Shown here piece by piece: positions 25,341-35,204 of a stretch of 49,522 bases of DNA. The stretch is from a virus. Taxonomy: Duplodnaviria > Caudoviricetes. Position 1 is the first letter of the stretch, and each line of letters opens with the position of its first letter. The notes under the pieces were generated by a model, which saw nothing but the letters and a program-made list of their open reading frames with translations, was not told where the DNA came from and did not search any database. The position numbers and the translations under genes were made by a program. The DNA is taken from positions 1 to 49,522 of the IMG/VR virus record IMGVR_UViG_3300020045_010094; one strand, written 5' to 3'.

Positions 25341-26539
25341 CGAAATTTGCTGCCTATTAGTTTTGACGCTTTTAGTTTTGTGGCTGTGATTTTTTTGCCG
25401 GATAGGGACGGAAAGTCAACTGATACTTCTCCGGCATCATTAACCGTTATATTTACCTGCGTCATCACTCCGGTACCCGAGTGCCACCACCAACATGTTT
25501 CTGTTCCAATTGCTGCTGTGCGAATCTCGCCATCTGCATAGATTTCATAATTTCCGCCATTGCTTGGAAAAATCATTTTATGGCCAGCTGCTAAATCTGG
25601 CATATCATCAGCAAGATAACGATCATCACCGGTTACTAGCGTGCCTATGGTTACAGCTGCCATGCCAGCGGGTAAATTTAACTGTTGTCCGCCAAGACTG
25701 GCAGTCTCAGATAAATAATTTAAAATTAGCGTATGTGTGGCGTTTGGGTTTGGGTATACCTCGCCGTCAACGTATGCAGGCATTACCGAAGTTGACGTTG
25801 TTGTATTGCCGCCAAATGTTGTTAATGCCTTTCCTCCAAATGTTCCACTAGTTGGTGCGCCACTAAAACCGGCTATTGCAGCTGATACCGCACCGGCTGG
25901 TGTAATTCCAGCACCACCGTTTACGCTGGTGATGGATTGCGCTGCGGGCGGCTCGACGTTTATTACATGCGCGCTTTGTATGTAAGTTTTGCTTTGACCT
26001 GTAGAGGCAACAGTCCTTGCAGTGTCTGCCGCATAACCAATATTCAGGCTTGATATGCGAGAGGTCCGCGATGGGTTTGTTAGCGTTATATCCTCATTGG
26101 TCTGAGTTGCAGACGAGAAAAAAGTCCACGAATCGGCGACCCTTTCTAGCGACATCGATATCGCACCAGTTGTTATATACTGGGTATTAACGCGAGTCGG
26201 CACTGCTTGGCTGGCGTCTTTTACAGCCCATGCAGTCTTATCGGTAAATGTTCCAGAGGCTCCTGTCACAACTATCGCGAGGCCTGACATTCCGGCGATC
26301 TGCGATTCATTGAACATAAAAGTAGTTGATGATTTTCTCAGTTGTGCTGTGCTTGGAGGAGTTCCAGCTACATAGACACCAGAAACCCCACCTACGGCTA
26401 CGCCAGAAGGGGAGGTGACGTTTGTGGCTGACCCGTTAGTCATGACAACCGTAAGAAAGGCAAGTCGGTTCGACCCTGCACCAATAGACGGGAAGTTTGT
26501 TGGGGCATCAACTGGTGTAATTAAATCTGATACTGCCAT
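25337..26539 (-). CDS. putative virion fibre/decoration protein
   Basis: 400 aa, beta-rich and Thr/Ser/Gly-rich; repetitive basic C-terminus KKITATKLKASKLIGSKFR. Confidence 0.55.
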   Translation of the reverse strand: MAVSDLITPVDAPTNFPSIGAGSNRLAFLTVVMTNGSATNVTSPSGVAVGGVSGVYVAGTPPSTAQLRKSSTTFMFNESQIAGMSGLAIVVTGASGTFTDKTAWAVKDASQAVPTRVNTQYITTGAISMSLERVADSWTFFSSATQTNEDITLTNPSRTSRISSLNIGYAADTARTVASTGQSKTYIQSAHVINVEPPAAQSITSVNGGAGITPAGAVSAAIAGFSGAPTSGTFGGKALTTFGGNTTTSTSVMPAYVDGEVYPNPNATHTLILNYLSETASLGGQQLNLPAGMAAVTIGTLVTGDDRYLADDMPDLAAGHKMIFPSNGGNYEIYADGEIRTAAIGTETCWWWHSGTGVMTQVNITVNDAGEVSVDFPSLSGKKITATKLKASKLIGSKFR

Positions 26540-27816
26540 TATTCATTTACCTCCCAGCCACCATTGCCATCAGAAACTAATTCACCAACAAATACAGGGA
26601 TGGTTTTTGGGGTTAATTGTTTGTACGCGTATCTGGTGCCAGACGATGCAAAAGGCGGCATAGCGCCTACAACTTGAGTGTTACCCCATGTAGCAGAAAC
26701 CATTGGGTTTAATTCGTCACACGCCGACACTGTATCTGCGTCACCGATGTAAATCCGCTTAAATTCTGGGTCTGTATCGACAAAAACTTCTGCTTGCGAA
26801 ACTCCGTAAGGCGGCATACGAGTAAAATTAGAGCTGTAGGTCGGCTCATTGAACCCGTTCACATTTATTTCTTCGTTGTTCCAAACTCTTGCAGTGTGCC
26901 CACCGGCGACAACAAGCAGGCGCAAACCTTCTAAAATTTCCGCAATTGTCGGAGTCGTCGGCTTTGAGTACGTGTATGGGGTGCCGGAAACCGTAATTGT
27001 GTAATCTGTGTTTGCCAGCAGCACATTCGGCTTCCAATATTGCCATTGGTTAGGCGCCTCTAAACCCAACAGGGTGGAGTCGTGCAAAAAGTTTGGTAGC
27101 GGATAGCCGGTTTTTCTTTGCATGCAATTGTTTAGCTCTACGCGGCCATAGCCGAATACAGATGCAGTCTCAAATCCGTCGGCTACGTCCACCGTGTTGA
27201 GCTTAATTTCGTATTCTATTCGGCGCCATGCATTAAGAGGGTACCAACCCTGATTAAGATAAACTTGGTTATTTGTGCTGTCTCCGCTACCAGTCCACCC
27301 CAAATACCACTCAGGCGGAACAGTGCCGCCCAGTGTTGTTGTACCCACACCGGTATAAACCCCACCGCCACCGGCAGCCGATGTGCTGTTAACTCGGCAG
27401 AATTTGGTTACACCACCCATATGCCCTGCGCCACGGTAGGCGTGCACTCTGGCGTAGTATGAGACAAATGCGGTAAGCGTTTGCGGAAATGCGTGATGAT
27501 TTGTTAAAAAGTCGCCACCTCGGCTTGGGTCGGAATAAGCGGCTTTGTGGCCGGGAAACCGTGCATCCAAATCAGATATTACCGCGCCGAGTGATGCTTG
27601 GTAGGCAACCCAAAGTGGGTCAAAGTCTTTAACTAACTGCCCAACCGAACCGCCACTAAAATCAGTCCAAATCGCAGGCTGCGCACTCTTAGTGCCGAAC
27701 CCCGAGCCATTAATAACAATTTGTCCGGGGGGCGCATAGCTTGGATCATCATTGGAGCTGCGCCATTGACCAGAGCCAACAGCATCGCGATATAAATTTT
27801 TAGTGATATTCAGCAT
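26539..27816 (-). CDS. putative carbohydrate-binding / polysaccharide-lyase-like jelly-roll virion protein
   Basis: 425 aa; INGSGFGTK...WTDF and WRRIEYEIKLNT..ADG patterns. Confidence 0.5.
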   Translation of the reverse strand: MLNITKNLYRDAVGSGQWRSSNDDPSYAPPGQIVINGSGFGTKSAQPAIWTDFSGGSVGQLVKDFDPLWVAYQASLGAVISDLDARFPGHKAAYSDPSRGGDFLTNHHAFPQTLTAFVSYYARVHAYRGAGHMGGVTKFCRVNSTSAAGGGGVYTGVGTTTLGGTVPPEWYLGWTGSGDSTNNQVYLNQGWYPLNAWRRIEYEIKLNTVDVADGFETASVFGYGRVELNNCMQRKTGYPLPNFLHDSTLLGLEAPNQWQYWKPNVLLANTDYTITVSGTPYTYSKPTTPTIAEILEGLRLLVVAGGHTARVWNNEEINVNGFNEPTYSSNFTRMPPYGVSQAEVFVDTDPEFKRIYIGDADTVSACDELNPMVSATWGNTQVVGAMPPFASSGTRYAYKQLTPKTIPVFVGELVSDGNGGWEVNE

Positions 27817-27828
27817 TATTGGCGCCCA

Positions 27829-28131
27829 CTACGGATAGCTGAAATGGTAGTTATAACTACCAGCAGCAACGCCAGATATTTCTATACGGGTCATCTCCCA
27901 GTCTTTACCAACCAGCGCAGCATTGCCAGACCCGGTTTCAATTTCTACCGTTTTTTGAATGCTTGGCGGAACTGTTGCCTTTACTGTTGCCGCATTGAGA
28001 TCGACACCCACAATGCCAACCTGAATGCCTCTGCGTGATTCGCCTGGCGGCACCTTGAGCGCGAGAATGTCGCCAACGCCTGTTGACGTCCAAGTTTTGG
28101 TAACGCCGAATTCTGCGTAAACTGTTGCCAT
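27829..28131 (-). CDS. small beta-sandwich protein (candidate head-spike base)
   Basis: 100 aa with alternating beta pattern; precedes two fibre-like genes. Confidence 0.45.
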   Translation of the reverse strand: MATVYAEFGVTKTWTSTGVGDILALKVPPGESRRGIQVGIVGVDLNAATVKATVPPSIQKTVEIETGSGNAALVGKDWEMTRIEISGVAAGSYNYHFSYP

Positions 28132-28146
28132 TTCCTGACTCCAAAT

Positions 28147-28659
28147 TTATAGCCCCGAGAGGCAGAGTTTCATTTCATCAAGCCTGCGCCTATGCAGACC
28201 GGGATAGTAAATTTTATCGGCAGTAGCCCAAACCTTTTGGCCTTTCTCGCCCCACGCTATAGCTCTGCAACCTTCGGCAATTTTACCGGCATTAATAAGC
28301 CTTACCGCGCGCGCCTCTTTGCATACGCGATCAACGCCCATGTTGTGGGATAGTGATGTAATTGCCTCAAGCGCTGACTGGGTAGAGTAAGGCATGCATT
28401 TTGCGAGCTTTTGTTGGGTGTAATTAATTACGAATTCTTCTGCCTTTTTGCACTCATCTTTTGTCCATGTCTCGCCCACAATAATAGGCTTTTCTTTGTA
28501 TGCGTATTTGGTAATGCCGTCGCAAACTGTCGGTAGTCCTCCTACAAGTTTATCAGGGTAAACGGTAAGTATTGTTTCCCCTCCGCTTTCCCATAGCTTT
28601 AAAAAAGCAACCAGCGCAACGCTTGCGAACACCAGTGATTTTGTTGGCACTGCGCGCAT
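28147..28659 (-). CDS. endolysin (GH24 lysozyme, SAR-type N-terminus)
   Basis: E...YPD...PTVCDGIT catalytic region, HNMG, GLHRRRLDEMKLC; weakly hydrophobic N-terminus. Confidence 0.88.
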   Translation of the reverse strand: MRAVPTKSLVFASVALVAFLKLWESGGETILTVYPDKLVGGLPTVCDGITKYAYKEKPIIVGETWTKDECKKAEEFVINYTQQKLAKCMPYSTQSALEAITSLSHNMGVDRVCKEARAVRLINAGKIAEGCRAIAWGEKGQKVWATADKIYYPGLHRRRLDEMKLCLSGL

Positions 28660-28660
28660 A

Positions 28661-28966
28661 TCAGCCGCCTTTAATGATTGTAATTATCGACGCAAATCCA
28701 ACAATGCAGCTGATGATAGTTGGGACCCATCCAATAACCACGCCCTGCCCCTGTCGCTTATGATGGTCTGCAAGCAACAAATCAAGCTTTTCCGTCATCC
28801 GCCTGTCAGTAACCTGTAGTTGGACGCATATCTCATCCTGCTTATGCTTTATCTCATTGTGCTTACTTTCGATCACAGAGAGGCGCTCACGAACGCCGTG
28901 TATGTCCTTGCTATGATCCTCAAGTCTTTTCCAGACCCCTGCGGCCGCCTCTTGTGTCATATTCAT
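28661..28966 (-). CDS. putative holin
   Basis: Coiled coil plus C-terminal TM helix, directly upstream of the endolysin. Confidence 0.55.
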   Translation of the reverse strand: MNMTQEAAAGVWKRLEDHSKDIHGVRERLSVIESKHNEIKHKQDEICVQLQVTDRRMTEKLDLLLADHHKRQGQGVVIGWVPTIISCIVGFASIITIIKGG

Positions 28967-29014
28967 GATCCGTTACCGTTTGCTCGTCGCGTTAATTTAT
29001 CACGATGCCACTAT

Positions 29015-29389
29015 TTAACCAATCTTAAATAGTCCATTGGTAGTGCCGTCCGTATAAAACCAGCTCGGTGCAGCGGCAACTGCCAGTGCAATCGTAGTGC
29101 TGCCCCTAACCACATTCAAAACACCGCTTGCAGTGCCCATGTTATGCACAACAAAAAGACGCTTAGATTGCGGCACGGTTAGATTTCTGGCAACCGAATG
29201 ACCCAACCCAATAAACACGGCAGCTCTCACAAAATCAGCAAGAAGTAGAACCTGATCGGCGCTCATTACAACCTCAAAAATATCGTTTGCTGCACGCTCT
29301 AAAAAGCTTGTTCCCTCGTTCGCAGTTGCAAATTGGTTAACCTGCCCATTGCTGAGCAGCGGTATTTTTAAAATGTCCGAATCTGCCAT
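29015..29389 (-). CDS. DUF2793-like tail/baseplate protein
   Basis: N-terminal LKIPLLSNGQVNQFATANEG resembles DUF2793; follows the GTA-like tip gene. Confidence 0.6.
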   Translation of the reverse strand: MADSDILKIPLLSNGQVNQFATANEGTSFLERAANDIFEVVMSADQVLLLADFVRAAVFIGLGHSVARNLTVPQSKRLFVVHNMGTASGVLNVVRGSTTIALAVAAAPSWFYTDGTTNGLFKIG

Positions 29390-29400
29390 AAATACCTCTT

Positions 29401-32400
29401 TTAATGGTTAGGGAATTGTGCCGTTTGCGGCGCGAAATCAGCCGTGTAACGGGCGTATTTTGTAATGCGAAACTCATCAATATTGCCATTCCAGTACAGC
29501 GCCGCGGCGGTGGAGTCCCTGCCTATATAGCAACGACCGTCTGTCATATTTATTGCGTTACTGTAAGTGCTACCGCCAACGCCGTTTATATACATCCTAA
29601 ACACACCGGACGCGCGAACTAGAGCTATATGCACCCACACGCCAGCAGTAATAGGCGGGCTGACTAGCCGAGCGCCATTGCTTGTGAACAAATTTATTGT
29701 TGAGCCACTTTTGTACACAACAAGCCCTGTAGACGTCGGGCCGCTCACGCGCGAATCAAAAATAACTCCTACGTCGCTAGTGTTGACAGGCTTAATCCAG
29801 CACTCGATAGTTAAGTCGGCGGCAAACTCAAAGTCAGCGCCGGTTGTTGCATTTATAAATCCGGCAACACCATCAAATAACCCGGACGCACCACCGAATT
29901 TAAATGCCGCCGTACTTATCTGTGCTGGCGATGCGACCGCCATGGTGTGGCCAACCTCATCCGTGAATGTTGTGGAGCCGTTTGAACCGTTAAAATGCAG
30001 TAGCATAGTAACAAGCGCCCAATGCGGGTCTGGGGCAGTAGCCGCCACAGAAAACTCAGCCGAAGCAGGAAGCCCTCGCCCAACAGCAGAACTTATTTGA
30101 TAAATTTTGATCGATAAATCCAGAATTTCATCGCCAAAATCTACGACCTGCTCGGCAGTCGTGTATTCCCATTCGGGCGTTAAAACTCGATAAGTTTTAA
30201 CGACTATGTCGCCAAGGCCGATTACATCAATTTCGTATGCCTCTGTTGACTCCCCAATTGGCGCAGGCTGTCCTGTGGTCCATTCGCTGCTCGATAGTCT
30301 TGATCTTGGCATGAAGCTAACAATCCAATCTCCGGACGAATTTATTCCGGTTACGCTAACAACGCTAAGAGGCTTTAAATTATTCGCACGATAGGTAAAA
30401 TTAAAACCAACAGTATCTGCTGCATTTGATTTTACGGTTACCGCTTTGTAAAGCCTGTCAACGCCGATAGCAGACGATTGCGTACCGACAAATGCATTGT
30501 CCGGATCATCAAGCAGAACAACAAAATCACCAGCCTGATGCAGCCCAGTCGCCCATTCAGTACCGCGCAGTCCGCGAAGCAGTCCGCTCAGTTTTACAGT
30601 TGTATCAATTTGCAAATCGGCGTTCGTGTACTGCACTATTTCCCATCGCCCATCCACGCCGTACGCAAGGTATTGCGTACCCGTCATCATTTGATCTTCA
30701 GTGACAGAGTAAAACTCTCCCGTCAAAACACTGATGGTTAGCTCGCTAGTGCGATCAATGAACACACCCTCATCGGCAGGCAAAACATCAATAGCTGTGC
30801 CAGCGGTTGTTTTTTCTGTGAAGGCCTGCAGCGGCACATAAACCTGGCCATTATCTGCCGACGACATCAGCACGCCGCCCGGCCAATTGTTAGAGCCGTA
30901 CATTCCCACAACCAATCCGGGGAAATCCATAGAGTCCAGCACTAGCGGAATGTCCATCATTATCGCCGTAGATACCCCGATACGCGGAATGGTCTCGGGC
31001 GGCGGAATTGCATCAACACCAGCAGCAGAAGATTGATATACAGATGGCCGAGTTGGTCGTGCTGAAACCTCAAGCACTTGATCTGCCCTTATGGAAACCG
31101 ACTCCATCCGCATGGCCACAAAAATACCAGGAGATATTTCAATTTCATAAACATCAGAAGGCTTCAATCCTAAATAAATTTGCGGCAAATTAAAGTTAAA
31201 AGGTTTTTTCTCTACCCATGCCAAGTTAATTAATGTGTCAGCCAGTTGAGCCGCTTTATCTGCTGTCATTACAATCGCGAGCTGCGTATTGCGCTCATTC
31301 ACTGAGTGCGCTGGATAGTCTGCATACTGAGTGTTTGAATCGTATTCGCGATTAAAATCCAGATACGAAATCGTGTATCTTGATGGCAGCTGTGTTGATG
31401 TTTCGTAGTCGCTGGACACAACAGTGCCGGGCGCGCCACCAGTGTTCGCGCCAAGATGCTCATACGGAATTGTTATCACTGGATCGGCGCCGCGCTTTAC
31501 TGCTTTTATTGTGTAGCCCGCCTCAATAAAATCAAAAAGGTAGGCAACTTGCAGCTGCCCTATCGCACCGCGCGCCGATGATGCCTCCGATATGCGGTAG
31601 CCATCCACATAATCATCTTCCAGCTCTGACAAATCATATTCGCTCGGCAGCAGTCCAGACTCAATTAATTTTGACTCTACGATATCGGCAAGCGACGCAC
31701 TGCCGCGCTCGACAGACATTAAATTAATTAAATAAATCTTAATGTCGTAATCGCCACTAATGCACGATATAGCAAGAATATTGTCAGCCAGCGACATTGT
31801 CGGCCTAAATCCACCAAAAAAACTGCTGGTCTCTGTTGGGTCGATGAAGATTTCTACTTGGCGTGACACGAAATTTGAGGTATCAATAATTGTTATTAAT
31901 ATCTCGCCCGATAAAAAAGACGACTCGACAGCATTGAGATAATAAATAAACCCATTATTTATTAGTGCGGACGAAACTATAGATGCAGTAGACGTGAGGT
32001 AGTACTCGTCAGCCCAAGAGTAATCGCTTAAATTGTGACGTATAAGCTGATTGGTAATTTGAGAATAAAACGACACGTAAATACCATCAATTACGCAGCT
32101 TTCCATAATAAAATAATACGGCAGCAATAAAACATTGCTGTCGCTATCGCCGTATTTCCAAAAATAATATCTGTCGGGCAGCAGAACAGACGAATAACTA
32201 TTGGTTTTAATAATAAAAAACACACCAAAATCAGTGTCATAAAATCGATAAAATGATGCAAAAGGAAATCTGGTATCGCTGAAATAAATAGGAGGAAGCT
32301 CATACTCTCCGACGTTTGTTATCAGCTTTATATATGTCTCCAGGCCGCCAATTCGCTCTTCGCCATAACAGTAAACTGATCGATCAGAATAACCAATAAC

Positions 32401-33300
32401 GCCATATGAAGCCGTATATTCACCAGAACTACTCAAATACGACACGTAGTCGTCTGGTGTTTTTTGGCTTATTGACCACGCGTATTCGTCTCCAGAAAGA
32501 ACAAGCGAGTAAATTGTCGATGTATACCTATCGCTTGAGCCCATGAGTGGACGAAGACATAATGCTGCTCTTGTGTAATCACTTGACCCGGTCATTGTTA
32601 GCGTTTCAAAAACGCTAATGTCATCAATGTAATTGGGGTCCTGGACTATCTCCACTTTTACAGGACACCCTGCCAATCCGTTTCCGTAATCGGTTAAATC
32701 CAAATCGTAAACATGGAGCATGGCGGTGCCTTCATAGGAGGGCGTATTGCCAATACCCATGACGCCCTCCATGCGAGAATCTGGATCAGTTTGCGTGCCG
32801 TCCGCATATCGAAAAAAACCGGCATTTGCATTGCTCTGCAAAATCGTATCCGGGTCGTCCGAGTTGGCGCTATACCAAAGCACTCCGCCCAGCCAAATCC
32901 TGCGCACAAGACTGCCAGGCATTGCGTTTGCGAGCGCGATGCTGAAAGTGGCGTAATAGGTTGTGGTGGTAACTGATCCGCCACCACCACCCCCCTTGCC
33001 GCCCGTGCTTTTTTTTCTAGCGGCAGATTTGTATTCATTGTTTTCTAAATAAACAATTGACCCCATTGTCGCAATGGATCCGTGCAGTGTGGCAATCGAT
33101 ACTCCATATGCCGTTGACTGAAATGATTTGTCATCCAGCGTCGGACCGCGCAAGTTTGGCCCTGGCGGAGGATCAATATAACCGCCAATACCAGCGCCCA
33201 AAGCAAAGCCCTGCGCAGCACCAGCAGGTCCACCAGCATAAGCTCCAATAACCGCACCAATAATTCCGCCAATTATTTGGCCTGCGCTCATATCACTCAT
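29401..33300 (-). CDS. tail tip / host specificity protein (GTA megatron-like) with C-terminal LamG/ConA-like domain
   Basis: 1299 aa; STAYGVSI..LHG, GGKGGGGG, WEIVQY and LSGLLRGLRGTE motifs; C-terminal LLHFNG...TIECWI...WVHIALVR...GNIDEFRITK. Confidence 0.85.
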   Translation of the reverse strand: MSDMSAGQIIGGIIGAVIGAYAGGPAGAAQGFALGAGIGGYIDPPPGPNLRGPTLDDKSFQSTAYGVSIATLHGSIATMGSIVYLENNEYKSAARKKSTGGKGGGGGGSVTTTTYYATFSIALANAMPGSLVRRIWLGGVLWYSANSDDPDTILQSNANAGFFRYADGTQTDPDSRMEGVMGIGNTPSYEGTAMLHVYDLDLTDYGNGLAGCPVKVEIVQDPNYIDDISVFETLTMTGSSDYTRAALCLRPLMGSSDRYTSTIYSLVLSGDEYAWSISQKTPDDYVSYLSSSGEYTASYGVIGYSDRSVYCYGEERIGGLETYIKLITNVGEYELPPIYFSDTRFPFASFYRFYDTDFGVFFIIKTNSYSSVLLPDRYYFWKYGDSDSNVLLLPYYFIMESCVIDGIYVSFYSQITNQLIRHNLSDYSWADEYYLTSTASIVSSALINNGFIYYLNAVESSFLSGEILITIIDTSNFVSRQVEIFIDPTETSSFFGGFRPTMSLADNILAISCISGDYDIKIYLINLMSVERGSASLADIVESKLIESGLLPSEYDLSELEDDYVDGYRISEASSARGAIGQLQVAYLFDFIEAGYTIKAVKRGADPVITIPYEHLGANTGGAPGTVVSSDYETSTQLPSRYTISYLDFNREYDSNTQYADYPAHSVNERNTQLAIVMTADKAAQLADTLINLAWVEKKPFNFNLPQIYLGLKPSDVYEIEISPGIFVAMRMESVSIRADQVLEVSARPTRPSVYQSSAAGVDAIPPPETIPRIGVSTAIMMDIPLVLDSMDFPGLVVGMYGSNNWPGGVLMSSADNGQVYVPLQAFTEKTTAGTAIDVLPADEGVFIDRTSELTISVLTGEFYSVTEDQMMTGTQYLAYGVDGRWEIVQYTNADLQIDTTVKLSGLLRGLRGTEWATGLHQAGDFVVLLDDPDNAFVGTQSSAIGVDRLYKAVTVKSNAADTVGFNFTYRANNLKPLSVVSVTGINSSGDWIVSFMPRSRLSSSEWTTGQPAPIGESTEAYEIDVIGLGDIVVKTYRVLTPEWEYTTAEQVVDFGDEILDLSIKIYQISSAVGRGLPASAEFSVAATAPDPHWALVTMLLHFNGSNGSTTFTDEVGHTMAVASPAQISTAAFKFGGASGLFDGVAGFINATTGADFEFAADLTIECWIKPVNTSDVGVIFDSRVSGPTSTGLVVYKSGSTINLFTSNGARLVSPPITAGVWVHIALVRASGVFRMYINGVGGSTYSNAINMTDGRCYIGRDSTAAALYWNGNIDEFRITKYARYTADFAPQTAQFPNH

Positions 33301-33713
33301 AATACAAACCTATAGGCGGCGACTATTTTATTTTTCCAATCAGCATCAATGCGCTGCTCTACAACTTTGCCGACGCCTTGATATGCATGGATCATGTATC
33401 CGTCATGGCTCATAATTGCCACATGCTGAGGCGCTTTAGATATCCGCATAAGAAGCACATCACCGTGCACCGCCTCGCTTAATGGAATACTTTTCAGAAA
33501 CGCCTGCTCGTCAAACATTTTTTTAAGCATTCCGTCAAACGGGAGGCGCGGATATCCTTTAAAGTCCGTTATCTCAATACCAACAGATTTTGCGACAACA
33601 ATACCAAGCCCCGCACAATCCAGCGCCACACCAGGAATACGCCCCTGGTGACGAAATGGCGTTCCTATGCAGGCGCGCGCAGCAGAAATTACCTCGTCAG
33701 CTTTTTCAAACAT
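33297..33713 (-). CDS. NlpC/P60 tail-associated peptidase
   Basis: IGTPFRHQGR...LDCAGL...GDVLL...QHVAI...MIHAY. Confidence 0.9.
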   Translation of the reverse strand: MFEKADEVISAARACIGTPFRHQGRIPGVALDCAGLGIVVAKSVGIEITDFKGYPRLPFDGMLKKMFDEQAFLKSIPLSEAVHGDVLLMRISKAPQHVAIMSHDGYMIHAYQGVGKVVEQRIDADWKNKIVAAYRFVL

Positions 33714-34576
33714 TACTGATTACCAAATTTTTGAACAGTGGATTTTTGCGGGACATGAGGAAATCCGCCGAATCGCGGCCCATTCCCGTGCTTAGCTATG
33801 CAGTCCTCATTAAAACGCTTGCGGCATCCCGCTCTAATTTTGAATGTATCGCCCGCCTGTAGTGGGTAATAAAAAGGCTGAGAAAGTGTAATTGTTCCGT
33901 CAGGAGCTGAAGTTTTTACAAATTTATACGAAAGCCCTGAGTTATTGCCCGACGTAAAAATAATCTCCCCATTGCCAAAATAGTCATCCATGAAAAGACC
34001 AGCCATGCCAGCAGCAACAAATTCATATTCGCTTGTTACTGAGCTAATCGTGGAATAAATAGTATGTAGTTCAGGGTCTTTTTTGCAGCGGGACCTATCG
34101 CTCGCAATAACCGTCCCGTCGATATGCTCATCGGTAAAAACATAAGTGCAGCCAGGCGTAATTACGCGCCCAGTCGTTTGCCCGAGAAGATCGGTAAGCG
34201 ACAACATTTCAACTGTGTATCGCTCATCTTCTTCGCGCACTTTGCCGAACGTATAAACGCGATCCTCTTCTTCATCTTCAACCGGGTAAGCCCAGTCGGT
34301 AAAAAACGAATAAATTTTTGCTCCGTCCCAATAGCCGCTTTGAACCTGATCTTTGGTTATGGTATCAGCGTCATAAATGCTACCGAAATCGATCACTGTA
34401 GCGCCGCCGGATAGCGTTGAGCTTATATCGCTTGGCTGAGCGTATATGCCGCCGCGATAAACCTCATCATTACTCATAATCAGGTCTACAGGGTGCGCGA
34501 TTGCTATGCGAACAGGATCGCCATTGACCGGCTCAATTCTTATGCAGTGGGTGCGGCGCTCTGGAGTTGCTACCAT
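33713..34576 (-). CDS. baseplate hub protein (DUF2163 / BR0599-like)
   Basis: GDTFKIRAGCRK...C..KHGN...FGGFPHVP C-terminal motif. Confidence 0.85.
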   Translation of the reverse strand: MVATPERRTHCIRIEPVNGDPVRIAIAHPVDLIMSNDEVYRGGIYAQPSDISSTLSGGATVIDFGSIYDADTITKDQVQSGYWDGAKIYSFFTDWAYPVEDEEEDRVYTFGKVREEDERYTVEMLSLTDLLGQTTGRVITPGCTYVFTDEHIDGTVIASDRSRCKKDPELHTIYSTISSVTSEYEFVAAGMAGLFMDDYFGNGEIIFTSGNNSGLSYKFVKTSAPDGTITLSQPFYYPLQAGDTFKIRAGCRKRFNEDCIAKHGNGPRFGGFPHVPQKSTVQKFGNQ

Positions 34577-34577
34577 T

Positions 34578-35204
34578 TTACGTTTCCGTAGGGTTAAGAA
34601 CTTCGACCAAGTTTATCACAGAGCTAATTACCTTATTGTCGTTTAGAGTACCGGAGTAGTCAGCGGCAAAGCGCATTGGTATGTCAAACTCGCAGCCCCC
34701 GGTAACGTCCCCAACAGGGGTGTCATCAAAGGTTATTACGCCGCTGTTGTAGTTTACGGTAAAGCCGGTGGTGACGGTAACGCCATCGACAGCAACAACA
34801 ACGGATGCGGCAACCGGTTTCTTGATAAGCCTGCGGGTAGTCGTTGGGCTTGGCGTGCCGTACCAGGTAACAAGCTGAAATTTATCATCGCCCAAGTCAA
34901 TAAGAGGCTGGTCAAGCGGTGTTGGCGCTAGCGTTTTATTGTTGGTGGTAAATTCCTGCTTGTGCTTCAGGCGAAACGCCGCAAAGGTGCCGCCAGCTTC
35001 TTGGAAAAGCTCAAGAATTTCGCGCGCCTCACTCTCGCGAATCATATTTGAATAGTTGAGAGTGTATTCAAGCATTGCGTACGGGTGCTGCAGCCTTGAG
35101 TATTCGTTGCCGCCTACATCTTTGTGATGCTGGACTGCGAAATTCTCTGAAAAGCTTGTCATTAGCCGAGAGTGCAGGCTAATTCTGCGATTGATAAACG
35201 CCAT
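34578..35204 (-). CDS. distal tail protein (DUF2460 / TIGR02217-like)
   Basis: GGNEYS, FRLK, FQLV, RLIKKPV and GCEFDIPMRF motifs; follows the tape measure gene. Confidence 0.85.
   Translation of the reverse strand: MAFINRRISLHSRLMTSFSENFAVQHHKDVGGNEYSRLQHPYAMLEYTLNYSNMIRESEAREILELFQEAGGTFAAFRLKHKQEFTTNNKTLAPTPLDQPLIDLGDDKFQLVTWYGTPSPTTTRRLIKKPVAASVVVAVDGVTVTTGFTVNYNSGVITFDDTPVGDVTGGCEFDIPMRFAADYSGTLNDNKVISSVINLVEVLNPTET

Noticed and set aside
25337-33300. Diversity-generating retroelement targeting tail/fibre genes
   Set aside because: No reverse transcriptase ORF and no template/variable repeat pair seen.
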